Virus record (IMG/VR): IMGVR_UViG_3300028827_000129
Span: 106,084-170,083 of that record
Strand: one strand, 5' to 3'
DNA length: 64,000 nucleotides
DNA from: a virus
The position numbers and the translations under genes are program-made. This document shows positions 9,301 through 18,198 of the stretch, piece after piece (within the stretch, counting starts at the first letter, position 1; every line of letters begins with the position of its first letter). The notes under the pieces were generated by a model that made no database searches, had not been told where the DNA came from, and saw only the letters and a program-made list of their open reading frames with translations.

Positions 9301-10706
9301 TTAAGCAAGCTTCTAAGACTGGGGATTACGCGTTGTTAACAAAAGACCCTACATGGGGAAGGATGAAAACTCCAGTTGTTAGAGTTTATACAAATAAGGC
9401 TGCAGGCCTTAAAAAGATGTCGAAGCATAATGTATTGGTCAGCGAACGCATATTAGGGTTAATTGAATCAGAAGTGCCAGTAGGGACACATATTGATACA
9501 GACGGTGACATTTTAAATATTTTGCCGTTAAAAACTGCAACATCAAGAAATGCTGCAAAGGTATTACTTGGTCAAAAAGGTCAAGGTAAGCTGTTTGAAA
9601 TGATGGATGAATTCTATAAAAACATTCATGTTTCTACATTTGATGCTAAAAAGAGCGTGCAGTATTTTGATCCTGAAACTGGCCTGGTAAGGAAGGAAAT
9701 TTTAAAAGGGCAGTTTAGAAAAGCATTAATGTCAAAGTCTGAAGTTGGTAAGATTACAAACAAAATTGAGCTATTAAGGGCGTCATTATTAAATTCTCCT
9801 TCTGTAACGCCGAGACAACTTAGTTTGCTTGATGCTTGGTCAACCGAAATGATTGAGCGCGGTATTCTTGCTAAGCATATTTCACCTGAAGAGATTAGTA
9901 AGTACAATATTTTAAACGACCTAGAGTCTGCTGTTGAATCTTATAGAGACCCAGATCAGGCATTTAAGCATTTAGTTTCTGCTACTCGCAAGGTGTACAA
10001 TATCGCAGATATGCCAGAAGAGACAATTAGAAGTGCTTCTGTCATTAAAGATGCGAAAGGCAAATTGTTTAATATGGCTGCCTATAGAGAGCAAGAGGTA
10101 ATGCTCAGAGAGATGGCTAAGCAGATGGTTGCGTTTAAGAGTTCCGCTGAATACAGAGCATTAGAAGAAGTGCATAGCTTAGCTGGCAGTAATTTTAAGA
10201 GTAAGCAAAGATTTTTTGAGAGAGTTGCTGATCTATCTGATACATCTTCTGTTGGCGCTAGGGCAAGAGCTTTTGTTGGCATTCCTGAAGAAGGTGTTGG
10301 GGCGGCAAAGAAAGTCACGAAAGCCTTAGAAAAAGAAGCTGGCCTTTTTCAAGGTATAGCTATTTCTACTTTGCGCAAGTATAAGCGGCCTATAGGATTG
10401 GCTGTTGGTGTTTTGGCTGGTTTAGGAATGATGATGTCTAAACCAAGCGATTTAGATATAGATACTTTACAAACAGAACACGCTGAGCCTATGCCTGCTA
10501 AAGTTCCTATGGGTGGGCATAATCTACCTGTTGGACAACGTAACGGATATAAGATACGCATTCGTGCCAAAGGGGATGGGCATGATTTTGGTCATTTAGG
10601 TAGAAAAGCTGCAGATATTGCAGGTGGTGGGAGAGTTCATGTCTCCGTAAGTGATACAAGAAGAAAACTTTATAAAGAAGATTTAGAGAAGCTTATTTAT
10701 GCATAA
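6315..10706 (+). CDS. Tape-measure-position protein containing a putative single-subunit two-barrel (DPBB) RNA polymerase
   Basis: Ordered motifs: PTEDEFI (E486-D487), GTDIKFYGMNTK (K582/K589), SGKVFGS, LLTKDPT (K1010), HIDTDGDILNI (D1061-D1065, nt 9495-9509) and EVGKITN. Hydrophobic helices at both termini. Confidence 0.65.
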   Translation: MTENNDSGLRSRIRNTAVLGAAVGGSWLSLQYLATRGVHLGRASVASKSAKKIKTAVESFDAKKASEEILALLEHPDLFEYQKTAAHAAAISMAKKRSGVVREFSTLSDAIAYGETNVSFQKNLLSASRELEKTLFEEVRHREKYLKSPLRFATTDYISKPLVKQSSGFYLFAERRGSWFNDITKAISDIPGLKNRQDISALAQSMADVAASIAGTSNISVKFYAADMLHGGQIQREIIGVGFLRNNTNEAYFPILTASNKYVVGRNQTTIYAPKRVVVDPDMFVETLGAKGHVGLDVYHMSKFVEQYKTNTNINKLARSTQLDVMRHAVYSDDYGRFKPSFTRNSVRDVIRSSGFVFPTISQTAFIQKAEELIERGVDIGGIPGQHIAKNTLFLNLNKYYMFGDTGDRDKFMRMITRDVSFDPGRAQRLMQHGVDMRPIVMSADLANLMKQENDFLPRFTRLGVSEDRLRELLKRHGLEDFMPTEDEFIAPQSIRGRYIAESAGTYTLSSDTPIREELIKVAKGEQSGDIFLHEGAFLGVSPEGRAVTTKTAGEKIESVVMNDDGTVKIVTRRKNVGTDIKFYGMNTKLTGGHQGFISNKKFRALVKDILREDVGIESGHVISRLARNIEGISIGAPKSSYGHAQVEMRLANILRIMETSELSKEQFEHVSRQLYALGIKASSDNLVSKYVVENSRLNTDQIAQRLNAIESSLEEYTGIKMAKLSNVLFHDIVTRGEHLVLQGAGKRATLSRQTQAVLDTLARDEELGQYYAAIKEDVASRMNLKPENLREVAKSYLAVDRIDATPVTSAYEKYKKMFGGDIDEFLDYIYDQDIDVRRENLAALGIKDEMIGLGTTLRTETGVSLSALRISTDPSGYTGMMSISSGRPFHKSLDKAGRSLLRAVLVEGVEGEMPFAVEEALTNYIDELTNVAGKNLLKSAYSGKVFGSALLKAAGYRGGRIEGFNQDYAIIVHRDIYRKMLEDMGLQRGEIARRLKQASKTGDYALLTKDPTWGRMKTPVVRVYTNKAAGLKKMSKHNVLVSERILGLIESEVPVGTHIDTDGDILNILPLKTATSRNAAKVLLGQKGQGKLFEMMDEFYKNIHVSTFDAKKSVQYFDPETGLVRKEILKGQFRKALMSKSEVGKITNKIELLRASLLNSPSVTPRQLSLLDAWSTEMIERGILAKHISPEEISKYNILNDLESAVESYRDPDQAFKHLVSATRKVYNIADMPEETIRSASVIKDAKGKLFNMAAYREQEVMLREMAKQMVAFKSSAEYRALEEVHSLAGSNFKSKQRFFERVADLSDTSSVGARARAFVGIPEEGVGAAKKVTKALEKEAGLFQGIAISTLRKYKRPIGLAVGVLAGLGMMMSKPSDLDIDTLQTEHAEPMPAKVPMGGHNLPVGQRNGYKIRIRAKGDGHDFGHLGRKAADIAGGGRVHVSVSDTRRKLYKEDLEKLIYA

Positions 10707-13700
10707 TAACTACTTCAAAATAAACGATATTGAATTAGCAGTTTCACCGTCCAATATTCGTGTAGATAAAAGTACAAAGAATATAAAAATTCCCATTGTA
10801 CGCGAGTCAGAAGCGGTAAAGAACCGTAGTGGACACGGTGACATAAACGTGTCTTTTGATGTAATATTTTCATACAACGAAAATATTACATCATCATCTA
10901 AACATAATGACATCAAGAATGACTTATTGAAGATAGTAGCTCAGCTACAGTTAACTCCATTTTTCATAGTAGAAAATGAATTTGTTACTAAATCTATAAA
11001 GCCAGAGTACCAAGATTCAGAGCCTTTAATGTTGGTGCTCAATAATATGTCTATCTCTACTTCTCCTGAGTTACACAATTCCATCATTGCCCAATTTAAT
11101 TGTTTTTATGTAGAGCATTCTGCATTTACTCCATTTTTGTTTTTCAAAAGAACGGAGACATCTGGGGCGGATGAGAAGCCAGTAAAAATCAGCGAAAGTG
11201 GGGCATGGAAGGCATTTTACAAACCGTATTGGGATCGATTGAGAAGTATGGCTCCGTCATCCTTTAATGGGAGTTGTCATTTTCTTTTTCCTGTATTAAT
11301 AAACGAGGATGGTAATGTAACTTTTGGCACAACAGGGTTTGATATCGATGGGACACAGGTCCCGGTGTCTGTTACTGTGAATTTCTATAATCGCCTAGCA
11401 GTAATGCCTTTTATAGGTCTTGAATATCCAGCTTATCAGTACATGGGTGGATCAGATAGAGAGGTTTTTATAACAATTGAAGATGTTAGTGGGCGAGACC
11501 AAAAGTTTAAAGACTTGCTTAAGTTGTTACAGCATTTTAATCAACTTGCTATAAATGATAGACAAACAGCTGGCAATGATGCAATAGTTGTAAAAAATGA
11601 TATTCTAAATATGCTTGGAATAGAAGAGGTTATTTGTGAAAGCGTTTCAGTAGAGACTCATCCGTCTGAACCAGAGACTTCAATCATTAATTTACATTTA
11701 TTGTCTCATAACATAGATAAAGTAAAAGAAGCAGAAAGTCTCGAACGCGAAGAATATAATACTGTTGAGTCATTAGTTGAAGAGATTATAGATAACTTCA
11801 TTAATTATACAGACGCATCTATTGTAAGGCGTAAAGTGACAGATTCTGTATATGATGATACGTTTTTGTTAAATTATGATTTTGAAAGAAGTGTTTTTGT
11901 GATGACATCTGGCATACCAGATTTGCCAGCTCCATTAGACTCATTATTTGAAGATTTTAAGAAGACTTTATCAAACATATATTCAGGATCTATAGTTTAT
12001 AAATTGCGTGATGATTTTTATGATTTTATGAATCATGTTGACGACGCTGTTTTTGGGATTAAGACTAAATTAGGCGTTGGTCCTTCTATTTATAAAAATA
12101 AAGATAATGAAGCAAATAGTGCGGCAAGACGTGTTCTTACTGATTTTGCCTTTAAGGCATTTCATGTTTTGAAGGATTACCCAGATGCTTATCCTGAAAT
12201 GAAAATTATAGCAGAGAAAGTCGACTATGAACTGAAGCATGGGATGAGAAAAAATGTCCAGCCGTGCTATCCTGATATAGTCCCAGATGATATCAATAAA
12301 AACCCAGACGATTACTTTTTTTACAGTGGTTCGCTGAAAGAAATAATTAAAGAAGCGAAATTGTTTGGTGCAGATGCTATTTCTAAAACATTTGATGCAG
12401 TTGAAGACTTTACTGACAAGAATGGCATCCACTGGGATTTTTCTGGTCTTTCTAGTGGTGACAAGGCGTCGATTAATAATATTAAGAGTTCATTAAGCGG
12501 CGATGGCGTAACAATTACAGATGGTAGGCCGGCTGAATTTATTTCTAAGCATAAGAATCAGGGTAGATTTACAAAAACTTCCATTGTCGATAAGGAGTTA
12601 TTCCTTGACGGCTATAATGACACATCTATGTCATTAAAAGCTGAAATGAATGCTACCCATCGATTCGATAAGGCTTCATTTAAATCACAGTTTGAATTAA
12701 TTGATTTCCCGGATGATTTTATGACCTTTAGAAAGGCATACCCAACATTTCGTTTATATTTTATTGAAGAATATTCTCAAAAAACAAGAATGCGTAAATT
12801 AGACGATAAGTTTGTCTATAGAGCAATAAAAGAAATTAGAGTTATAAGATCTAGGAAAAACCCGATAGATACTGCAATTATCCAATTGAGTAATGTAGAT
12901 GGATCATTTTATATTAGAAATTTTAAGCGCAATGACCTAAAGGGTACATATGCAAAAGAGCTTGTCCGTGGGAAATATGACTATAGAGGGCATGACGTTT
13001 ATTCATCCGACAATAAAAAAGACAATTTATTAGATGAAAAGCCTATCTTCCAAGAGGGTTCTGTAATCCAGATACGATTGGGATATGATAACAACCCAGA
13101 TAAATTGACTACGGTTTTAAATGGCAAAATAACAGAAATAGACGGTGACGGGTTTGGTATTATTACGATTGTTGTTCAAAGTTTTGGGTATGAACTCTTG
13201 GAAGATACTTGGGGGACTCCTGGCGATGGCATGAGTCTTGGCGGATGGTTTAATAATACAACTCCTTCTATTATCACGGAGATTTTGAGCAGTCCTTCTA
13301 TTACACACTTTGGCAGGTGGACTTATGGATATACTAAAGAAGTAGATCCTGATGAAATTGAGCGTAAAGCAAGGCATTCTATGTTGCCGAACTTTATCGT
13401 AAGGCATATTTACAGATGGATCGATACGCCCAAGGATGACAATATCTTCGCTCCTTATGAAAGCTTTTATCGTAAGTATATAGAAGATTTTGCTATATTG
13501 CGTGGTTGGAAAGATTATTATTCATATGGATATACAACTTGGGATATATTGAAAGACATGGAGCGTAGGTGGCCTGGGTATGTATGTCAGCCAGTACCTT
13601 ATGAAAACAGAATGACATTGTTTTTCGGTATCCCTAGCATGGGGTATTGGTTTAGGGATGACAGCTATATAGATAAAATGGAACGAGAGTCTACGTTAGC

Positions 13701-14829
13701 ATCTTTACAAAGGAAATACAAGTCTATCAGGTCATCAATTGAGGCTGCTGACTCTTTTAGTAAGAAAGGTATTCATGGGGTTTCGGAAGAGGCGTATAAA
13801 ATCGCCGATAGAGTTATTAGAAAAGTAGGGCGGTGGAAATCTTTCCGAGATTATCATATGTTAACTTCTGAACATGATATTTTATCGAATGGAGTTAAGA
13901 CTTCTTCAAAAAATACATACAACGGCGTAAGAATTATATATGATAATGATTTTTGGAGAGAGGAAGAATTTGATATAAACAATTTACAATCAGAATTTAC
14001 CCTTAAGCCAAATAAGCATATTCCTGATGAGGAGATAACATATCAAGACTTTTTTGAGGCTAATGTTATTGGAGATGATGGGGCAAGAGTTTGTGCAATT
14101 TCAAGGTTATTAGATGGTCTAAGAGACTTGTATACAGGAGAAATAGCTTTAATAGGCAACCCAAGAATTAAACCTTACGACATATGTTTTATTTACGATT
14201 CATATAACGACATAGCTGGTCCAGTCGAAGTCGAGCAGGTTGTTCATATATTTAATCAAGAGGATGGGTTTATTACATTATTAACTCCTGATTTATGCGC
14301 GTATGCAACAGAATATGCATCTAGTACTTTTATAAGCGGTGTTGGTACAACGTTTATGAAAGTCTGGGATAAATTAGCGAATGCTACCGACAAACTAATA
14401 GACAAGTATAAAACTGCGATAGTTAATGACGATACTTTTCTCAAGACTGGGATGATTGGTGTAGGTGCCTTTACTGGAGATAGGGTGATACAAACTTCGT
14501 TAGCTGCTATGTTTACTCCATCCTCGATGGCTATCTTGAGTATAGGCAGTTTATTTATGCTTAATGTGCTTTATGATTGGGATGTTGGTCGTTATCCTAT
14601 TCAGGTATTTCCTCTGTTATTTAAAGATAAACCTTATATTTTAGGTCTCCCAGATTGGTCAGAAACTAGCTTGTGGCAAGATATTTCTGGTGAATGGAAG
14701 TTCCTTACCTCTGGCGTTAAGAAGTTTTGGGAATCTGAGATTAAAGAGCCTTCTAAACAATTTGGTGCGTTTAATATTTTAAGTGAAAGGTTCAAGAGAT
14801 TTCTTGGCGAGATGTTTCTTGGTAACTAG
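10699..14829 (+). CDS. Baseplate hub protein (gp27/gpD-like core with large N-terminal extension)
   Basis: DTAIIQLSN...IQIRLGY...VLNGKITEI...IVVQSFG and YTGEIALIGNPRIKPYD...VEQVVHIF...GFIT are typical hub motifs; the gene follows the tape-measure slot. Confidence 0.65.
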   Translation: MHNNYFKINDIELAVSPSNIRVDKSTKNIKIPIVRESEAVKNRSGHGDINVSFDVIFSYNENITSSSKHNDIKNDLLKIVAQLQLTPFFIVENEFVTKSIKPEYQDSEPLMLVLNNMSISTSPELHNSIIAQFNCFYVEHSAFTPFLFFKRTETSGADEKPVKISESGAWKAFYKPYWDRLRSMAPSSFNGSCHFLFPVLINEDGNVTFGTTGFDIDGTQVPVSVTVNFYNRLAVMPFIGLEYPAYQYMGGSDREVFITIEDVSGRDQKFKDLLKLLQHFNQLAINDRQTAGNDAIVVKNDILNMLGIEEVICESVSVETHPSEPETSIINLHLLSHNIDKVKEAESLEREEYNTVESLVEEIIDNFINYTDASIVRRKVTDSVYDDTFLLNYDFERSVFVMTSGIPDLPAPLDSLFEDFKKTLSNIYSGSIVYKLRDDFYDFMNHVDDAVFGIKTKLGVGPSIYKNKDNEANSAARRVLTDFAFKAFHVLKDYPDAYPEMKIIAEKVDYELKHGMRKNVQPCYPDIVPDDINKNPDDYFFYSGSLKEIIKEAKLFGADAISKTFDAVEDFTDKNGIHWDFSGLSSGDKASINNIKSSLSGDGVTITDGRPAEFISKHKNQGRFTKTSIVDKELFLDGYNDTSMSLKAEMNATHRFDKASFKSQFELIDFPDDFMTFRKAYPTFRLYFIEEYSQKTRMRKLDDKFVYRAIKEIRVIRSRKNPIDTAIIQLSNVDGSFYIRNFKRNDLKGTYAKELVRGKYDYRGHDVYSSDNKKDNLLDEKPIFQEGSVIQIRLGYDNNPDKLTTVLNGKITEIDGDGFGIITIVVQSFGYELLEDTWGTPGDGMSLGGWFNNTTPSIITEILSSPSITHFGRWTYGYTKEVDPDEIERKARHSMLPNFIVRHIYRWIDTPKDDNIFAPYESFYRKYIEDFAILRGWKDYYSYGYTTWDILKDMERRWPGYVCQPVPYENRMTLFFGIPSMGYWFRDDSYIDKMERESTLASLQRKYKSIRSSIEAADSFSKKGIHGVSEEAYKIADRVIRKVGRWKSFRDYHMLTSEHDILSNGVKTSSKNTYNGVRIIYDNDFWREEEFDINNLQSEFTLKPNKHIPDEEITYQDFFEANVIGDDGARVCAISRLLDGLRDLYTGEIALIGNPRIKPYDICFIYDSYNDIAGPVEVEQVVHIFNQEDGFITLLTPDLCAYATEYASSTFISGVGTTFMKVWDKLANATDKLIDKYKTAIVNDDTFLKTGMIGVGAFTGDRVIQTSLAAMFTPSSMAILSIGSLFMLNVLYDWDVGRYPIQVFPLLFKDKPYILGLPDWSETSLWQDISGEWKFLTSGVKKFWESEIKEPSKQFGAFNILSERFKRFLGEMFLGN

Positions 14830-14838
14830 AAGAGCCTT

Positions 14839-14848
14839 CTATAATATA
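14839..14848 (+). promoter_or_regulatory. Putative late-promoter box CTATAATATA
   Basis: Lies in the 29-bp gap before 14859; the same 10-mer recurs before other structural genes. Confidence 0.5.
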
Positions 14849-14858
14849 CCTAGAGGTT

Positions 14859-15272
14859 ATGATGTTGAAAAAAGAGAATTTTTCGATAAAAAATGATAAT
14901 AATGATGTTGTTCGTGCTGTTTTTGGCAGGGTTTATGATTATAAATTTGACGACGAGGGTCATGCTGTTAAAGTAGCAGCATCAAACCCGCCATTAGATT
15001 GGGATCACAAAAAGCATGGACCGTACTTAATCGGGGCGGAATTTACTAATAGGGAAGGGTTGTGGATACCGTTTTATAAGAATATTACAGAGGTTTTGAA
15101 GGATTGGCAACCAGCTAAGGGTGATGGTGTTATTGTATGGATTTTTGGCAAGCCAAACAGCAATCCAAATAAATATAGAGCAGAAAGTTTTAATTTAAGT
15201 CACACGAAACAAAATAAAAAAGATGCAGAATTATTTCAAAATGGCGGGATGATGTTTTGGGCTAATTTATGA
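14859..15272 (+). CDS. Putative baseplate spike N-terminal (OB-fold-like) protein
   Basis: Lies between hub and gp25-like genes; WIPF...PAKGDGVIVW resembles the gp5/gpV OB-fold pattern. Confidence 0.4.
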   Translation: MMLKKENFSIKNDNNDVVRAVFGRVYDYKFDDEGHAVKVAASNPPLDWDHKKHGPYLIGAEFTNREGLWIPFYKNITEVLKDWQPAKGDGVIVWIFGKPNSNPNKYRAESFNLSHTKQNKKDAELFQNGGMMFWANL

Positions 15273-15604
15273 GCGGATATGAAAACAGTGCCTTAATTTG
15301 GAAGAAACCAGGACGCAATGCTGGCATGGCAGTCGGTGATAATTTTGCTCTCATGCAAGGCGACCCTAGTCATGGTTTTATATCTTCTGAACAAGGAAAT
15401 GTAATAAAAGGAAATACTCATTTTGTTGGTGCGCCACATGAGTTTTCGTTTAGTGGTTTATGGACCTTTAACCCGTTGTTATTATCAACTGTGCCATCTA
15501 CGATAATGACGCCTATGAGCGTTTTAGTTTTTAATAAAAATGCTTTATCTGGGTTCGACCATATAGCTAAGAGCGTTTCAGAGCACATGAGTTTATTGTT
15601 ATAA
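15269..15604 (+). CDS. Small baseplate/spike-associated protein
   Basis: ATGA-coupled to the upstream ORF; short beta-strand repeats; baseplate context. Confidence 0.35.
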   Translation: MSGYENSALIWKKPGRNAGMAVGDNFALMQGDPSHGFISSEQGNVIKGNTHFVGAPHEFSFSGLWTFNPLLLSTVPSTIMTPMSVLVFNKNALSGFDHIAKSVSEHMSLLL

Positions 15605-15606
15605 TT

Positions 15607-16002
15607 ATGGCAAATATAGATCTTTATTCAAACGAATTCGGTGATATCCTAGTCTCTAATGGAGATTTTGTATCTACGTCAGAAAATGAAGAGAGGACTT
15701 ACATACAACAAGTTATTGCTCGTATGTTATCTTATCCTGGCGATTGGACTGTATATCCTTGGCTTGGGGCTGGGCTTTCTTCTTATCACGGGAGGTTAAA
15801 TACCAGAGAAACTGCTCGTGACATGGAGTCCGATATAACAAGGGCCTTAACGGAAGATGGGCTAATTCCTAAAGTAGCATTAACTGTGAAAGTTGTACCT
15901 TTAACACATACTTCAGTAGGTGTTTTCATTAAAATTAAGGGCATTACAAATGCTCTTGCTTTTATGTTTAACCTTGAAGATGGGGAGATTAAATTAAATT
16001 GA
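15607..16002 (+). CDS. Baseplate wedge / sheath initiator, gp25-like
   Basis: 131 aa; GDILV.NGDF...RMLSYPGDW..YPWLGAGL...DITRALTED; directly precedes baseplate J. Confidence 0.7.
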   Translation: MANIDLYSNEFGDILVSNGDFVSTSENEERTYIQQVIARMLSYPGDWTVYPWLGAGLSSYHGRLNTRETARDMESDITRALTEDGLIPKVALTVKVVPLTHTSVGVFIKIKGITNALAFMFNLEDGEIKLN

Positions 16003-17210
16003 AGCTTATAGGTAAAAATTTTGATGAATTAACTGCGGAATCTATTAATGATTTAGTAGGCAATACCGTATTTTCTCATATTTCTCCTGCTTCTAATGTA
16101 AGAGCGATTTTAGATGTTATAAATAGACAATTAGAAACTAATTATGTGATTCTAGATACTGGGATCGCTTTGTCATTTTTATCTACTGCGTCTGGTGAAT
16201 ATTTAGATAATATTGGCGAAATGTTTGGGCTTAGCCGTAAGCAGGCCACCAAGTCAAGTGTTAGTAAAGCTTCGAAAATCCAGAAGTTTTATGTTGAATC
16301 AGGTACATTTGGCGGCATTAATAATTCGCAAGATATAACTATTCCTATTGGCACAGTAATATCTTCTGAACCTAATCAGGGTGGTGTTAGGTATGTTACG
16401 ACAGAAGCTGTTACATTAAATGCTAGTGATAGCGAAGGATGGGTAAGTATAAAGAGCATAGATGAAGGTTCTGCTTCTCATGTTGGTAAAGAGATTTTAT
16501 CATTCCATAACTTTACAGGTTATGCAGACTCAAATAATGATTCATTGTTAACATCTAATATAGCTAGCATTAATAATGGCAGCGATGCAGAAACTGATAA
16601 CAATTATAGATATAGAATAAGTAAATATGTAACATCTTCTGAGGGAGCTAACGAAACTGCTATTCGTTTGGCTATGTTAAGTATTCCTGGGGTTAGTGAT
16701 GTAAAGATTGTTCCATACGTAAGAGGACTCGGCTCTTTTGATGTTTTTATCAAGTCGACTACTCCTGAAGTGCCAGATGATCTAATTAGCACTTGTCAAG
16801 AAATATTAAATCAAGTAGCTGCTTATCCAGTAGATGCTCAGGCTAAGAAGCCTATTACAGTTGGGGTATCTTTTGAGTTGACTATAGTTTATAATGTAAG
16901 TACTGTTACAGATTCAATAAAGCGAGAAGTTGAGAATAATGTAAAATTGGCATTGGAAGATTATGTTAATAATCTTGATATAGGTGAGCAATTAGTTTTG
17001 AACCAGGCCTTGTCTAAGGCGATAGAGGCAGACGATAGGGTTTTATCTATCGGTAAATATGGGAAGGCATTCGACAATTTAACTTTATACCGAGAATCTA
17101 AATTTTCAACAAATAAGTTGGCAGTTAGATTAATGAATGACTATAAACCGCTTTTTAACGAAAAGCTAATTATTGAACCGACGTTAGAAAATCCTATTAT
17201 TTTTAATTAG
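15999..17210 (+). CDS. Baseplate J-like (gp6-type) wedge protein
   Basis: ASGEYLDNIGEMFGLSRK, IPIGTVI, GSDAETDNNYRYRI, IPGVSDVKI...GSFDVFI; TTG start overlapping the upstream stop. Confidence 0.85.
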   Translation: MKLIGKNFDELTAESINDLVGNTVFSHISPASNVRAILDVINRQLETNYVILDTGIALSFLSTASGEYLDNIGEMFGLSRKQATKSSVSKASKIQKFYVESGTFGGINNSQDITIPIGTVISSEPNQGGVRYVTTEAVTLNASDSEGWVSIKSIDEGSASHVGKEILSFHNFTGYADSNNDSLLTSNIASINNGSDAETDNNYRYRISKYVTSSEGANETAIRLAMLSIPGVSDVKIVPYVRGLGSFDVFIKSTTPEVPDDLISTCQEILNQVAAYPVDAQAKKPITVGVSFELTIVYNVSTVTDSIKREVENNVKLALEDYVNNLDIGEQLVLNQALSKAIEADDRVLSIGKYGKAFDNLTLYRESKFSTNKLAVRLMNDYKPLFNEKLIIEPTLENPIIFN

Positions 17211-17226
17211 GTTTGGAGGTTTTTTC

Positions 17227-17862
17227 ATGGCCATTTATAAAATTGTAGGAGCCTGCAATAATGGTGGAGGCAAGAATGTTTTTAAGGTTACATTCCAGGG
17301 CGCTCCTCTTACAGCTCCTCCTGTTTTGGAAGCGTGGGATGATGTAAGTATGACATCAACCTCAAATGAGATTTTTACTGGGACTGTTGGGAATGCATTT
17401 CAGCCAATGGTTGCAGCCATTGATACTAGTGACACTATTTCTGCCCCTGGGGCAGGGTGGGTCGATTCTATAGTGCCTGGAGCTGGAAGTCAGTCTAGTA
17501 ATCTACTTAAGGGAAATGACCAGACTGTTGTTCTTGATGGTGGCACAGGCAGAGTCCCTGCGGCTAATGAATATGTTTTGTTTAATTTAAATTTACGCAT
17601 ACCATCTGATACGTCTGTTCCGTCAAATGGTGCTTTAGATTGTGTTTTTGTTGTGCGATATTATTATTCAGATAACACTCCAGTAATAGAATGGGCAGCT
17701 AATAATGGAGGTACTGATACCGTCCCGAGCTGGACTGCTATCAATACTGGCACTGAGGTATTGCGCTTTACTGATACTGGCGTCAATTCGTCTAATCTCA
17801 CACTAACTCTTCCAGTATCTGGAACTAAAGATTCTGGAGAAGCATGGATAGACAATGCATAA
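17227..17862 (+). CDS. Virion structural protein (beta-rich), function unknown
   Basis: Strong GGAGG RBS; G/T/S/N-rich; structural operon. Confidence 0.5.
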   Translation: MAIYKIVGACNNGGGKNVFKVTFQGAPLTAPPVLEAWDDVSMTSTSNEIFTGTVGNAFQPMVAAIDTSDTISAPGAGWVDSIVPGAGSQSSNLLKGNDQTVVLDGGTGRVPAANEYVLFNLNLRIPSDTSVPSNGALDCVFVVRYYYSDNTPVIEWAANNGGTDTVPSWTAINTGTEVLRFTDTGVNSSNLTLTLPVSGTKDSGEAWIDNA

Positions 17863-18187
17863 GCTAAATGGATGGGAAGTAAAAGCAAAAGATGGCACAA
17901 TGTTGTCGTCGAACTTTTGTTCATGGAGAGATATTAATAAAGACATAGATAAACTATTTATTAAGATAGATGATGAAGTTTTCACAATTTCTGGATATGA
18001 TAAATACTTTTATGTAGTAGAGGGGATTGCCTTTGTTGGGATGCAAGGTGTCCCAAATAGAGTGTTATTCGGTGGAATAAAAAATAATATCTGCGATATA
18101 TATTCAATTGACATCAATACTTCTCAGTTACGGGTGATAGAGCATCGCAATGTTAACTTCCCATTTACTGCGGATATACTTAAGTAA
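17855..18187 (+). CDS. Hypothetical protein
   Basis: 110 aa ORF overlapping the upstream stop and filling the operon. Confidence 0.5.
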   Translation: MHKLNGWEVKAKDGTMLSSNFCSWRDINKDIDKLFIKIDDEVFTISGYDKYFYVVEGIAFVGMQGVPNRVLFGGIKNNICDIYSIDINTSQLRVIEHRNVNFPFTADILK

Positions 18188-18198
18188 GGAATCTAAAA

